A stretch of 62,242 nucleotides of DNA, filler included, from Chiloscyllium plagiosum (taxonomy: Eukaryota): assembly GCF_004010195.1 (NCBI RefSeq). It is 4 parts of one record of this genome, joined end to end, with 100 filler letters (N's around TTAATTAATTAA, not from the genome) between each part and the next. Parts side by side here need not be neighbours in the genome. Positions count along the whole stretch, not along the records: positions 48,102 to 56,015 come from NC_057710.1; positions 56,116 to 62,242 come from NC_057710.1; 2 more parts are not named here. One strand, given 5' to 3'. The notes beneath the pieces are model-generated. The model was not told the origin of the DNA and did not search any database. It saw nothing but the letters and a program-made list of their open reading frames with translations. Shown piece after piece: positions 48,278 to 61,388 of the stretch (the first letter of the stretch is position 1; every line of letters starts with the position of its first letter). The translations under genes were made by a program, and so were the position numbers.

Positions 48278-51152
48278 AACTGTTGCAAGCAGTCTATTCC
48301 ACACCCCTACAACTCTGAGTAAAAAACTTACCTCTGACATCTGTCCTATATCTATCACCCCTCAATTTGAAGCTATGTGCCTCGTGCTCGCCATCGCCAC
48401 CCCAGGAAAAAGGCTCTCCCTGTCCACCTGATGTAATTTGCTGATTATCTTGTATGTCTCAATTAAGTCACCTCCCAACCTTCTTCTCTCTCACAAAAAC
48501 AGCCTCAAGTCCCTCAGCCTTTTCTCGTATGAACTTCCCTCCATACCATACAACATCCTAGTAAATCTCCTCTGAACCCTTTCCAAAACTTCCACATCCT
48601 TCCCATAATGCGGTGACCAGAACTGCACGCAATACTCAAAGTGCAGCCGCACCAGAGTTTTGTACAGCTGCAGCACGACCTCGTGGTTCCAAAACGCAAT
48701 CCCTCTACTAATAAAAGCAAACACACTGTATGTCTTCTTAACAGCCCTATCAACCTGGGTAGCAACTTGGAGGTATATATGTACATGGGCGCTGAGATCT
48801 CTTTGCTCATCTAAAATACCACGAACCTTACCATTAGCCCAGTATCCTGTATTCCTGTTACTCCTTCCAAAGTGAATCACCACACTTTTCCGCATTAAAC
48901 TCCATTTGCCACCTTTCAGCCCAGCTTTGCAGATTATCTATGTCCCTCTGTAACCTACAACATCGTTCGGCACTATCCACAATTGTACTGACCTTAGTGC
49001 CATTCGCAAATTTACTAACCCATCATTCTGCACCCTCATCGAGGTCGTTTATAAAAATGACAAACAGCAGTGGACCCAAAATAGATCCTTGCAGTACACC
49101 ACTAATAACTGAGCTCTAGATTAGATTAGATTACTTAGATTAGATTAGATTAGATTATTTACAGTGTGGAAACAGGCCCTTCGGTTCAACAAGTTCACAC
49201 CGACCCTCCGAAGAGCAACCCACCCAGACCCATTTCCCTACATTTACCCCTTCACCTAACACTATGGGCAATTTAGCATGGCCAATTCACCTAACCTGCA
49301 CATCTTTAGACTGTGGGAGGAAACTGGAGCACCCAGAGGAAATCCACGCAGACACGGGGAGAATGTGCAAACTCCACACAGACAGTTACCCGAGGCGGGA
49401 TTTGACTCTAGGATGAACATTTCCCATCAACCACCACCCGCTATCTTCTTTCAGCTAGCCAATTTCTGATCCAAACCACTAAATCGCCCTCAATCCCATG
49501 ACTCCGTATTTTGTGCAGTAGCCTACCAGGGGGAACCTTATCAAACGCTTTACTGAAATTCATATAAACCACATCAACTGCTTTACCCTCACCCACCTGT
49601 TTGGTCACCTTCTCAAAGAACTCTATAAGGTTTGTGAGGGACAACCTACCCTTAACAAAACCGTACTGGCTATCCCTAATCAACTTATTCCTATCGAGAT
49701 GATTATAAACATTATCTCTTATAACCTTTTCCAACATTTTACCCACAATGAAGTAAGGCTCACTGGTCTCTAATTAATAGGGTTGTCTCTACTCCCGTTC
49801 TTCAACAAGGGAACAATATTTGCCAACCTCCAGTCTTCTGGTACTATTCCTGTAGACAATGACAACATAAAGATCAAAGCCAAAGGCTCTGCAATCTCTT
49901 CCCTGGCTTCCCGGAGAATCAGAGGATAAATCCCATCCAGCCCAGGGGATTTATCTATTTTCACACTTTCCAGAATTTCTAACACCTCCTCTTTGTGAAC
50001 CTCAAACCCATCTAGTCTCATAACCTGTTTCTCAGTATTCTCCTTGACAACATTGTCTTTTTCCAGTGTGAATATTGACAAAATATACTCTTTTAGTACG
50101 TCCCCTATCTTCTCTTGACTCCACGCACAACTTCCCACTACTGTCCTTGATTGGTCCTAATCTTATTCTAGTCATTCTTTTATCCCTTTTATACCTATAG
50201 AACGCTTTAGGGTTTTCCCTGATCCTATCCGCCAACAACATCTCATGTCTTCTCCTTACTCATCTTAGCTCTCTCTTTAGGTCTTTCCTGGTTACCTTCT
50301 AACTCTCAATTGCCCTAACTGAGCCTTTACATCTCATCCTAATATAAGCCTTCCTCTTGCTCTTGACAAAAGATTCAACTTCCTTAGTAAACCACGGCTC
50401 TTGTGCTTGACAACTTCTTCCCCATCCAACAGGTACATACTTATCAATGACACAGCAGCTATTCCTCGAATAAGCTTCACATTTCCATTCTGCCCATGCC
50501 CTGCAGTTTCTTTCCACATCCTATGCATCCTAGATTTTGTCTAATCGCATCGTAATTGCCCTTCCCCCAGCTGTAGCTCTTGCCCTCTGGTGTATACTTA
50601 TCCTTTTCCATCTCTAAAGTAAACATAACTGAACTGTGGTCACTATCACCAAAGTGCTCATCTACCTCCAAATCTAACAGCTGGACAGGTTCATTCCCCA
50701 GTACCAAATCTAATGTGGCCTCGCCCCTTGTTGGCCTGTCTACATATTGTCAGAAAATCCTCCTGCATACAATGGACAAAAACGGACCCATCTGAAGTAC
50801 TTGAACTGCAGTATTCCCAGTCAATATTAGGGAAGTTGAAGTTCCCTATAACAACTACCCTGTCACTCTCGCTCCTATCAAGAATCATCTTTGCTATCCT
50901 TTCCTCTAAATCTCTGGAACTATTTGGAGGCCAATAGAAACCTCCTAACAGGGTGACCTCTCCTTTCCTGTTTCTAATCTCAGCCCGTACTACCTCAGTT
51001 GACGAGTCCTCAAACATCCTTTCTGCAGCCATATACTGTCCTTGACTAACAATGCGACACCCCTACCTCTTTTACCATCTTCTCTGTTCTTACTGAAATA
51101 TCTAAATCCCAGAACATGCAACAACCATTCCTGTCCCTGCTCTACCCATGTC
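48278..51152 (-). mobile_element. Long CR1 ORF2 (endonuclease to RT C-terminus), pseudogenised, HE1 inserted
   Basis: [65 protein letters not shown] across frames. Confidence 0.95.
49118..49404 (-). mobile_element. HE1-type SINE, 5'-truncated
   Basis: (TTAGA)n tail and V-domain; lacks the A box. Confidence 0.88.
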
Positions 51153-52020
51153 TCAGCAGGCAGTGAAGAAAGCTAATAGCATGCTGGCCTTCATATCAAG
51201 AGGAATTGAGTAGAGAAGCAAAGAGTTCTTCTGCAGCTGTACAGTGACCTGGTGAGACCGCACCTGGAATATTGTGTGCAGTTTTGGTCTCCAAATTTGA
51301 GGAAAGACATTCTGGCTATTGAGGGAGTGCAGCGTAGGTTCACGAGGTCAATTCCCGGAATGGTAGGACTATCTTACGTTGAAAGATTGGAGCAACTGTG
51401 CTTGTATACACCTCAGAGCTGAAAAATGTGTTGCTGGTCAGGAGAATCGACGTTTCGGGCATAAGCCCTTCATTCCTGAAGAAGGGCTTATGCCCGAAAC
51501 GTCGATTCTCCTACTCCTTGGATGCTGCCTGACCTGCTGCGCTTTTCCAGCAATACATTTTTCAGCTCTGATCTCCAGCATCTGCAGCCCTCACTTTCTC
51601 CTCCTTGTATACCCTTCAGTTTAGAAGGCTGAGAGGGGATCTGATTGATACGTATTAGATTATTAAAGGATTGGACACTCTGGAGGCAGGAAGCATGTTT
51701 CCGCTGATGGGTGAGTCCCGAACCAGAGGACACAGTTTAAAAATAAGGGGTAGGCCATTTAGAACAGAGTTGAGGAGAAACTTCTTCACCCAGAGAGTGG
51801 TGGGTGTATGGAATGCTCTGCCCCAGAAGGCAGTGGAGGCCAAGTCTCTGGATACTTTCAAGAAAGAGATGATAGAGCTCTTAAAGATAGTGGAATCAAG
51901 GGTTATGGGGATAAGGCAGGAACAGGATACTGATTGAGGACGATCAGTCATGATCAAAATGAATGGTGGTGCTGGCTCGAAGGGCAGAATGGCCTACTCT
52001 GGCACCTTTTGTCTATTGTC
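51153..52020 (+). mobile_element. CR1 3' end interrupted by a family A inverted mini-element (about 51414-51603)
   Basis: [13 protein letters not shown] and ELRRNFFTQRVVGVWNALP. Confidence 0.9.
51472..51507 (+). ncRNA. Minimal type I hammerhead ribozyme (family A)
   Basis: ATTC-CTGAAGA-A-GGGC-TTAT-GCCC-GAAA-C-GTC-GATT. Confidence 0.75.
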
Positions 52021-52154
52021 TGAAGTGGCCACACATCAAAATCCAAGGTACCAACCCATGCTGCAAGTTCACCCACTTTATTCTGGATGCTCCTGGCATT
52101 GAAATAGACACACTTCAAACTAACCTTTTGCTTGCCGGTGCCCTTTTGTGATCC

Positions 52155-52425
52155 TGAAACCTTATTTCAGATCTCCTTGCTCTCAATCTCCTCTGTATTC
52201 GAACGACAATTTAGGTTCCCAATGCCCTGCTGAATTATTTTAAACCCACCCAAACAGCATTAGCAAATTTTCCTCCCAGGATATTAGTATCCCTCTGGTT
52301 CAGGTGAAGACCATCCTGTTTGTAGAGGTCCCACCTACCCAGAAAGAATCCTAATTATCCTGGAATCCAAAACCCTCCCTCCTGCACCATCCTTGTAGTC
52401 ACGTGTTCAACTCCTCTCTCTCCCT
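52155..52425 (-). mobile_element. CR1 ORF1 SGNH esterase C-terminal fragment
   Basis: Minus RWDLYKQDGLHLNQRDTNILGGKFANAV (DGLH catalytic motif). Confidence 0.8.
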
Positions 52426-52819
52426 TCTTGGCTGTTGTTAGAGGCTCCTCCTCTGACAGGCTCCTTCTCTGACATGCTTTTCCTTAATTCAGGGGCCCTA
52501 TCAGACTGGATCTTTTCTCACATTATTCCTTTCTCACTGCAGTGACTCTCAGCAAAACATTCCTAATGTTAATATTAGAGCTTTACCAAAGAGTTAACCC
52601 TACAGTCATCAATTTTCTTCAGACTTGCCAAAATCCAATCACTGTATCTTGATACCATCATTGGAGGCTCGATGGACAAATGAATTCTTCCTTCACTTCA
52701 AGGAACTGCTTTTCACCTTACTGTTAAAAGTCAGCAGTCAGCTTTGATGTTTCCACATTTGATGATGCTCATGGTCAGATTTCTTCTGTTCATAACTAGA
52801 TCACCTCCCAGATTTGGTT

Positions 52820-53065
52820 TCCTTACAGTGCCAGGGACCCCGGTAAAATTCTAGGGCAACTGTCTGCGTGGGTTTCCTCCGGGTGCTCCAGTTTCCCCCC
52901 AGCAGTACAAAGATGTGCAGGTTAGGTGGATTGGCCATGGGAAATGCAAGTGTACAGGGGCAGGTTTAGGGGGTGGGTTGAGGTGGGATGCTCTTCAGAG
53001 GTGGTATGTATTCGATGGGCTGAATAGCCTGCTTCCACACTGTAGGGGTTCTATTCTATTCTATT
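52820..53065 (+). mobile_element. HE1-type SINE, partial
   Basis: V-domain and (TTCTA)n tail. Confidence 0.75.
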
Positions 53066-54202
53066 TAACTTTCCTAAAACTATTAATGTCTACAAAGCAA
53101 ATATATCCAACCAGTCTGAATAATCTTCATATTTGGAAAATTTTCAACAACTGAAATAGAGAAAAAGAATCTATGGTCTGTTGGTGATCCTCTCCCAGCT
53201 CAAAGCTTTCTTGCTGTCCTTTTGCTTTTTCTATTTTATTCATGCTACCTCTGAGGTTTCCTTTTGCTCCTACCAAGTATCAGACATGCAATCTAAGACT
53301 CTCTTTCCCCTCCCTCATCTTCTGTTTCAAAATCCAAATCCATGCATGCCTCCAACTCAACTGCCCATTCACTCCCAGGCCCTCAATGCTCCAGGACTCA
53401 TTAAATAGCCTGCCATTCCGTCCATTGGGAAAATGGAGACTAGGAGTAGAAGTGGGGACCATTAAGCCCTTTGAGTCTATTCTGCCATTCAATGAAATCA
53501 TGGCTGATCTGTGGCTTAACTCTACATACCTGCCTTTGGCCCATATCCCTTAACACCTTTGCAACCAGTGTTCTGCAACAAACAATTCTATTCTAACTCA
53601 TTGCTGCAGAGGTGTTCTTAAACACATAACTCCATCATCTCCCTCCTCACGTCTACAACACACAGACTCACAGAATGTGGAAAGAAGGCATTTGACACAT
53701 CGGACTTCATCCAATTCATCCCCACCTGCCTGCTCATTCCTGATAACATTACAAACTTCCCCATTCAAGGAAAATTAAAATTCTTTAAAATTCTAGCTGT
53801 TGGAGCAAGCACTTGATCACCTGCATTTCCTTATAACATTCAATTTTAAACTTCAGCGTCCTATAACCTTCCACAAAGTGTTTTTGAGCATTTTACTATG
53901 TTAAAGATGTTCCCTAAAGTTACGATTCAAACGGGTTCCATCACCTTTTCTGATAGTGACTCCACATCAGACTTCACTGTGTTGGGAAACTTACAGCCCA
54001 ATAGCCTCAACATTGCCTTCACCCAGCCTTTAAACCCACCTCGTCCCCTCGCTTCCCTGACCTCATAGAGTCAAAGAATCCCACACCACGGAGACAGGCC
54101 CATTGGCGCACACTGGTCCCGCTGACCAAAATGTCCATCAACACTAAGCCATTCCCCTGCACTTGGCTCATAACCTTCTAAACCTTTCCGATCCATGTAT
54201 TT

Positions 54203-54930
54203 AGAACATAGAACATAGAAGAATACAGCGCAGTACAGGCCCTTTGGCCCTCGATGTTGCGCCGATCCAAGCCCACCTAACCTATACTAACCCACTATCC
54301 TCCATATACCTATCCAATGCCCGCTTAAATGCCCATAAAGAGGGAGAGTCCACCACTGCTACTGGCAGGGCATTCCATGAACTTACGACTCACTGAGTGA
54401 AGAACCTACCCCTAACTTCAGTCCTATATCTACCCCACTTAATTTAAAGCTATGCCCCCTTGTAATACCCGACTCCATACACGGGAAAAGGTTCACACTG
54501 TCAACCCTATCTAACCCCCTAATCATCTTGTACACCTCAATCAAGTCACCCCTAAACCTTCTTTTCTCTAATGAAAACAGCCCCAAGTGTCTCAGTCTAT
54601 CCTCATACGATCTTCCTTCCATACCAGGCAACATCCTGGTAAACCTCCTCTGCACCCGTTCCAGTGCCTCCACATCCTTCCTATAGTATGGCAACCAAAA
54701 CTGCACACAATATTCCAGATGCGGCCGCACCAGAGTCTTATACAACTGCATCATGACCTCAGGACTCCGGAACTCAATTCCTCTACCAATAAAAGCCAGT
54801 ACGCCATATGCCTTCCTCACCGCACTATTTACCTGGGTGGCAACTTTCAGAGATCTGTGTACATGGACACCAAGATCCCTCTGCTCATCCACACTACCAA
54901 GTATCCGACCATTAGCCCAGTACCCCATCT
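54203..54930 (-). mobile_element. CR1 3' end (young)
   Basis: 181-aa open CR1 RT C-terminal segment; (ATAGAAC)n tail. Confidence 0.95.
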
Positions 54931-55022
54931 AAAGGCATCGAGAGCATTGATACATACCACATGCTCCTTCTCCAAGGACACCCTGCTTTATCCTCAATCA
55001 TAGAATAGCCTTTATCCTCAAT

Positions 55023-55310
55023 CATAGAATAGAATCCCAACAGTGTGGCATGAGAGAATTGACCCATCAAACCCCACCAACCATCCAAAGAGCATCCCAC
55101 CTGGAGCACTCCATCCTTGTACCACTGCATTTCCCATGGCTGATCCACCTATTCTGCACAATCCTGGACACTGTGGACAATTTCGCACAAATGACCCACC
55201 TAACCCACAAATATTTGAACTGTGCAAGGAAACCAGAGCACCTGGAGGGGGCCCACACAATCATAGGGGAATGTGCAAACTCCACACTGGCTGTTGACCA
55301 AGGCTGGACT
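55023..55310 (-). mobile_element. HE1-type SINE (old)
   Basis: Degenerate V-domain and tail. Confidence 0.7.
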
Positions 55311-56115
55311 CCAATTTAAATCAAAACAGATGATCCCTGTGCATTGTCACATTGCTGTTTATTGGAGACATATTGCCCAGAGAGACATCTTGAGATTCAG
55401 AAAGAGACAATATAAATTCAGTCAACTCCTGCCGAGTTAATGTGATTAACAACAACATCAGTACTCCAACAGTGTCATCAGACCTCGTACCTACTCTATC
55501 ATTTACGATTTTGAAACCATGGGAAGTTTGTTACCAGCTTCGATGACAGCCATAATGCTCTGACCACTTTGAGCCACTGCAAGTCAGTTCTAATAGATAT
55601 CAATAGATTGAATCTAAACAGGATGCCCCACAACAGGAAGTGCTCTGACACTCAATGCCCGTAAGTCAAGGTCATTTTCCTAAAACCACTCACGTCTGGC
55701 AATAACATTGAAGATATTTTATACAGTAACCTTTCAGTCTCAATTGTCAGTTCCAGTCCACGAAGCAGCCAGTAACATGCACCAGTGAATTGAATACTAA
55801 CAGCAGCATTGCCCTGGCAGGAGAGATTGAGGAGCTTGAAGCTGTCTTCTCTGGAGTATCTAAACATGAAACACTTCAAATGAACAAAAATCTTCAAGAG
55901 CTCGAGAGGATAGATACAGGAAGGATGTGCTCCTAGGCTGGTGTGCCTGGAATAAAATAAGCACTAACTACGGTATCTTTAACCAACATTCCCTTTAGCT
56001 GCATAAATGTTTAAGNNNNNNNNNNNNNNNNNNNNNNNNNNNNNNNNNNNNNNNNNNNNTTAATTAATTAANNNNNNNNNNNNNNNNNNNNNNNNNNNNN
56101 NNNNNNNNNNNNNNN

Positions 56116-56597
56116 GCCTCACTTTAGGAAAGATGTGGGAGCTTTGGAGAGGTTGCAGAGAAGATTTACCAGGATGTTGCCTGGAATGGAGAATAGGTCG
56201 TATGAGGATAGGTTGAGAGTGCTAGGCCTTTTCTCATTGGAATGGCGAAGGATGAGGGGTGACTTGATAGAGGTTTATAAGATGATCAGAGGAATAGGTA
56301 GAGTAGACAGTCAGAAACTTTTTCCCCGGGCACAACCGAGTGTTACAAGGGGACATAAATTTACGGTGAAGGGTGGAAGGTATAGGGGAGATGTCAGGGG
56401 TGGGTTCTTTACCCAGAGAGTGGTGGGGGCATGGAATGCGCTGCCTGTGGGAGTGGTAGAGTCAGAATCTTTGGTGACCTTTAAGCGGCAATTGGATAGG
56501 TACATGGATGGGTGCTTAAGCTAGGACAAATGTTCGGCACAACATCGTGGGCCGAAGGGCCTGTTCTGTGCTGTATTGTTCTATGTTCTATGTTCTA
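56116..56597 (+). mobile_element. CR1 3' end (young)
   Basis: ALERLQRRFTRMLPG...FFTQRVVGAWNALP; (TTCTATG)n tail. Confidence 0.95.
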
Positions 56598-56971
56598 AAA
56601 CGTATGTTCAGGAATGGAATTACCTATGAACAATGGAAGATATTACAAGCAAAGTAAAAGAACATCAAGATACAAGTTTAGCCTTATGTCAGCACTTACA
56701 GAAGGAAAGGTTGCCAACTTGGAGAAAAGGGGGCAATAAGGGCGGAGCGCAGCTGGGTAGTGGTAGAATACAATAAAAAGATTGGGTAATGTAAGAGTCG
56801 GGAGAGGTGACCTCACGCAGCTCAAAAGTATAACTGTGTACTAGTTTGAATGTTCATTGCTCAATTGCTTCTGCATTTGATGCCCTTTCTTGCAAGATCG
56901 TAGAATAAATTGTCTTGTTTCCAGTTTTGGTGGTCTCGTCTAAATTTTATTAAATTTTGTTTCTAACACAA

Positions 56972-57075
56972 TGCATTAATTTGTTTAACGTCTTTTTGGA
57001 TTACAAGATCAACTTTGCAAAATCAGAGGCCATGCCTGTAGGGGTCTCCTGAAAATGCTTGGTCCTGAGGACAAA
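56972..57075 (+). mobile_element. L1-clade LINE RT fragment
   Basis: INLFNVFLDYKINFAKSEAMPVG resembles the SGYKINxxKSE motif. Confidence 0.55.
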
Positions 57076-57179
57076 TATTCTAGAGGGTTATTATCTGAAA
57101 GATAGAATCCTAAGATGGAAATGGAGACCACAGCAAGTTAGTGAAGAGGAGAAATGCACTGAATTGCACCAGATTGTGT

Positions 57180-57989
57180 TGCTGGTAGCCCAAGACGGTG
57201 GAAAGGAGGTGAAAGGCCTCAGGTGTTTTCACTGTAATGGAGTGGGACACTGAAAATTACAGTGCCAGTGATTTCACTAGGGAAAAGTATTTCCACTGTG
57301 GTAAAGTGGGACACATAAAGTCACAGTGCTGATTGTTAAAGAAAGACACAATGGAAAAAGATGTGGCAAAAGAAGCTAAGCCAGTGGCATTAATGAAGGT
57401 AGTAAAGGAAACCCCAAGAAGAGCCAAGGAGCTGCAGGAGAGTGCACAGCCTAGGCAGGGGCTGGGTATGGAGTTATCTGATCTTTATAAAGAATTCGCC
57501 TTTGTGGGTAAAGTTTACTCAGAATAAATAGGGGGAGAAGGGCAAGAAACTCAGCATCCACCAGAGAAAATACTCCACAATCAATAAAGAACCATTGAGT
57601 TTGGTACTGGCCTTACAACATTTTAATGTGTATGTCACAAACAATGTGTCAGAGACGGTTGTGTACAAAGATCACAATCCTCTTACATTCTTAGAACGCT
57701 TTGAAGACAAGAATATGAGACTATTTCGTTGGAGTCTTATGTTACAGACTTTTAATTTACTTATCATACATATTGCGGGTCGTTGGAATGTAATCGCAGA
57801 TGCGTTATCGCAGATTTAACTGATAAAGTATACAGAAGATACATCTATTCCATATTACATATAGGTGGGAGGAAGTTAGTATGAACTTAGATTAAAGTTA
57901 TCTGTATATTTTGGTAACGTATTTAAATAATAGAAAAAAAAAGCCATCTTTTCATTATGATGGTTCATTTTATTTCTTAAGGATGGAGG
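57180..57989 (+). mobile_element. Internally deleted Gmr1-like Ty3/Gypsy element: gag Zn knuckle, RNase H C-terminus, PPT
   Basis: RCFHCNGVGH; ALQHFNVYV..DHNPLTFL..RLFRWSLMLQ..NVIADALS then stop; purine tract AAGGATGGAGG abutting TGTTATG. Confidence 0.8.
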
Positions 57990-59937
57990 TGTTATGAAGA
58001 AGTAGAGGTGTACTGTACCTTTAAGAGAGTTGAAAAGCTAGCAGAACTTCCTGACACAGCACAAAGTGTTGTGAACAAGGTAATAATGTAACATTTGGTT
58101 GAACAGTTGGTTTGCTATGAGACAAAAACAAAATACAAATTCGGCCAATCAGTTTAAATTATGCTCCAAGATACCAAACTCCAATCATCTTCACCATGGA
58201 CATCCAATCTCTCTACACCTCCATCCGCCATGACCAGGGCCTCCAAGCCCTCCGCTTCTTCCTCTCCTGATGTCCCCAACAGTACCCTTCCACTGACACA
58301 CTCATTCGTTTGGCTGAACTGGTCCTCACCCTTAACAATTTCTCCTTTGAATCCTCCCACTTCCTCCAGACCAAAGGGGTAGCGATGGGCACTTGCATGG
58401 GCCCCAGCTATGCCTGCCTCTTTGTCGGCTACGTCGAACAGTCCATCTTCCTTAGTTACACCGGTACCACTCCCCACCTCTTCCTCTGCTACATTGATGA
58501 CTGCATCGACGCCACCTCGTGCTCCTGCGAAGAGGTTGAGCAGTTCATCAACTTCACTAACACATTCCATCCTGAACTTAAATTCACCTGGACCACCTAT
58601 GACACCTCCCTCCCCTTCCTGGACCTCTCCATCTCCATTAATGATGACCGACTTGACACTGACATTTTTTACAAACCCACCAACTCCCACATCTACCTGG
58701 ATTATACCTCTTCCCACCCCACCTCCTGCAAAAATGCCATCCCATATTCCCAATTCCTCCGCCGTATCTGCTCCCAGGAGGAACAGTTCAACCAAAGAAC
58801 ACACCAGATGGCCTCCTTCTTTAGAGATCGCAACTTCCCTTCTCACGTAGTTGAAGATGCCCTCCAACGCATCTCATCCACATCCCGCAGCTCCGCCCTC
58901 AAACCTCACCCTTCCAACCATAACAAGGACCGAAGCCCCCTGGTCCTCACTTTCCACCCTACCAACCTTCACATTAACCATATCATCCGCTGACATTTCA
59001 GCCACCTCCAAATAGACCCCACCACCAGAGATATATTTCCCTCCCCACCCCTTTCCGCAAAGACCGTTCCCTACGTGACTACCTGGTCAGGTCCACGTCC
59101 CACAACAAACCACCCTCCCACCCTGGCACCCTCCCCTGCCACTGCAGGAATTGCAAAACCTGTGCCCACCTCCTCCCTCACCACCATCCAAGGCCCCAAA
59201 GTTCCACCTGCACATCCACCAATGTCATTTATTGTATCCATTGCTCCCGATGTGGTCTTCTCTACACCGGAGAGACTGGACGCCTCCTCGCAGAGCACTT
59301 CAGGGAACATCTCCGGGACACCCATACCAATCAACCCCACTGCCCAATGGCCCAACATTTCAATTCCCCCTCCCACTCTGCTGAGGACATGCATGTTCTG
59401 GGCCTCCTCCACCGCCACTCCCTCACCACCCAACGCCTGGAGGAAGAAAGCCTCATCTTCTGCCTCAGAACACTTCAACCTCAGGGCATCAATGTGGACT
59501 TCACCAGTTTCCCCATTTCCCCTCCCCCCACTTCACCTCAGTTCTAACCTTCCAGCTCAGCACTGTCCTCATGACCTGTCCTACCTGCCAATCTCCCTTC
59601 CCATCTATCCGCTCCACCCTCCATTCTGACCTATCACTTCCATCCCCACCCCCATTCACCTATTGTACTCTTTGCTACCTTCTCCCCAGCTGCACCCCCC
59701 ATTTATCTCTCCATCCTGGAGGATTCCTGCCTCTATGCCTGATGAAGGGCTTTTGCCGAAACGTCGATTTTCCTGCACCTCGGATGCTGCCTGACCTGTG
59801 TGTTTCCAGCACCAGTCTGATCTAAACTCTGGTTTCCAGCATCTGCAGTCCTCTCCTTTGCCAGGTAGGACACGCCCCTAGCTGTCCATAGTTTAAACCC
59901 CTAGTCCATCATCCCTGGCTGAAAAGCTGGCATAACA
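57990..59937 (+). mobile_element. 3' LTR of the Gypsy element, interrupted by a PLE
   Basis: Inverted termini TGTTATG (57990) and CATAACA (59937), following the PPT. Confidence 0.6.
58187..59862 (+). mobile_element. Penelope-like element family A: RT, GIY-YIG endonuclease and 3' UTR with hammerhead (5'-truncated, disrupted ORF)
   Basis: IFTMDIQSLYTSI, QTKGVAMGTCMGPSYACLF, YIDD, LPFLD, FYKPT, VIYCIHCSRCGLLYTGET, LQPQGIN; hammerhead core at 59739-59765. Confidence 0.95.
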
Positions 59938-59989
59938 ACTATGTTTGTGAAAAACCATGCATGGTAATATTGTCCTCACTGTGATGTGT

Positions 59990-60825
59990 TGCCCTCCACG
60001 CTTTAACAGTATTAACAACTATTGGGCGATGGCAATATTCCTTAAAACTATCCTCATTTTGTCCAAGAACAATAAGCTAGCAAGGGGGCATCTCGCCTGA
60101 GATGCTTCAATGTCCAACCATAGTGAGTGAGGATCCCCCCGGGTGCAGTCAATCACGTAGGATAGCAACGAGCTTAATTGATAGTTTTTGATATCAGGGA
60201 GGTCAATTCCTCCCAGTCTATGAGGTAGCTGCAGTTTAGTCAGTTAAAGGATAGCAGATAAAGGAACTTCACCAGCTGTTCAGTCTTCTAAATGTTTGCT
60301 TAGTAAAAAGCAGAGGAAGTACTTGCATAGGATCTAGCAGATGAGGGAGAATGTTCATTTTAATGAGGGCTATCTGAACTAACCAAGAGATCAGAAGCGC
60401 CTCCCATCTTTGAAGGTCTTGTTTGATTCTATCGAATCAATGGGCAAAATCGGTATTAACGTTTTAGATTAAATTACTTACAGTGTGGAAACAGGCCCTT
60501 CGGCCCAACAAGTCCACACTGACCCGCCGAAGCACAACCCACCCAGACCCATTCCCCTATATTTACCCCTTCATCTAACACCACGGGCAATTTAGCATGG
60601 CCAATTCACCTAACCTGCACATTTTTGGACTGTGGGAGGAAACCGGAGCACCCGGAGGAAACCCACGCAGACACGGGGAGAATGTGCAAACTCCACAGTC
60701 AGTTGCCTGAGGCAAAAATTGACCCGGGTATCTGGTGCTGTGAGGCAGCAGTGCTAACCACTGTGCCACCGATTAAAGATGGGAGTAATTAATATACCTA
60801 AGTAGAGGAAGCCCTCCTGGGACCA
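59990..60825 (-). mobile_element. L1-clade LINE ORF2 fragment, interrupted by HE1
   Basis: Minus WSQEGFLYLGILIT and FDRIKQDLQRWEALLISWLVQIALIKMNILPHLL. Confidence 0.75.
60465..60771 (-). mobile_element. HE1-type SINE
   Basis: Reverse complement of the HE1 copies above. Confidence 0.9.
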
Positions 60826-61325
60826 TCTTGTTTTTTTTTCTCTCTTTTTTTTCTCTTTCACTCTCTCTTCACAGACAGAGCGGGAGCACCAGGGGGAAGT
60901 GACGACGACCAGAGGGGCAGCCGGGAAGGAAAGCGGTGAGTATTTATACTCACCCTTCGAAGCCGTCGGTCATTTCCAGTGCGAGCAGCAGCGAAGGTAA
61001 GACCGTTTGGTTTTAAAAGTACTTACCGGTAGCGGGCAGCGGTGTTTTTTTTTCTCTTTCACTCTTTCTTCACAGAAAGAGCGGGAGCACCAGGGGGAAG
61101 TGACGACGACCAGAGGGGCAGCCGGGAAGGAAAGCGGTGAGTATTTATACTCACCCTTCGAAGCCGTCGGTCATTTCCAGTGCGAGCAGCAGCGAAGGTA
61201 AGACCGTTTGGTTTAAAAAGTACTTACCGGTAGCGGGCAGCGGTGTTTTTTTTCTCTCTCTTCACAGAAAGAGCGGGAGCACCAGGGGGAAGTGACAACG
61301 CCCAGAGGGGCAGCCGAGACCCGGA
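60826..61325. repeat. GC-rich tandem repeat of about 200 bp (about 2.3 copies), probable CR1 5' UTR
   Basis: Units start at 60878, 61079 and 61271; adjacent to CR1 ORF1 fragments. Confidence 0.75.
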
Positions 61326-61388
61326 ACCAGTTAGTGTAAGCTTACCTGGGTAAGTTTTTTTCCCCCTTTAAAAGCGCGAAGGACCCTC

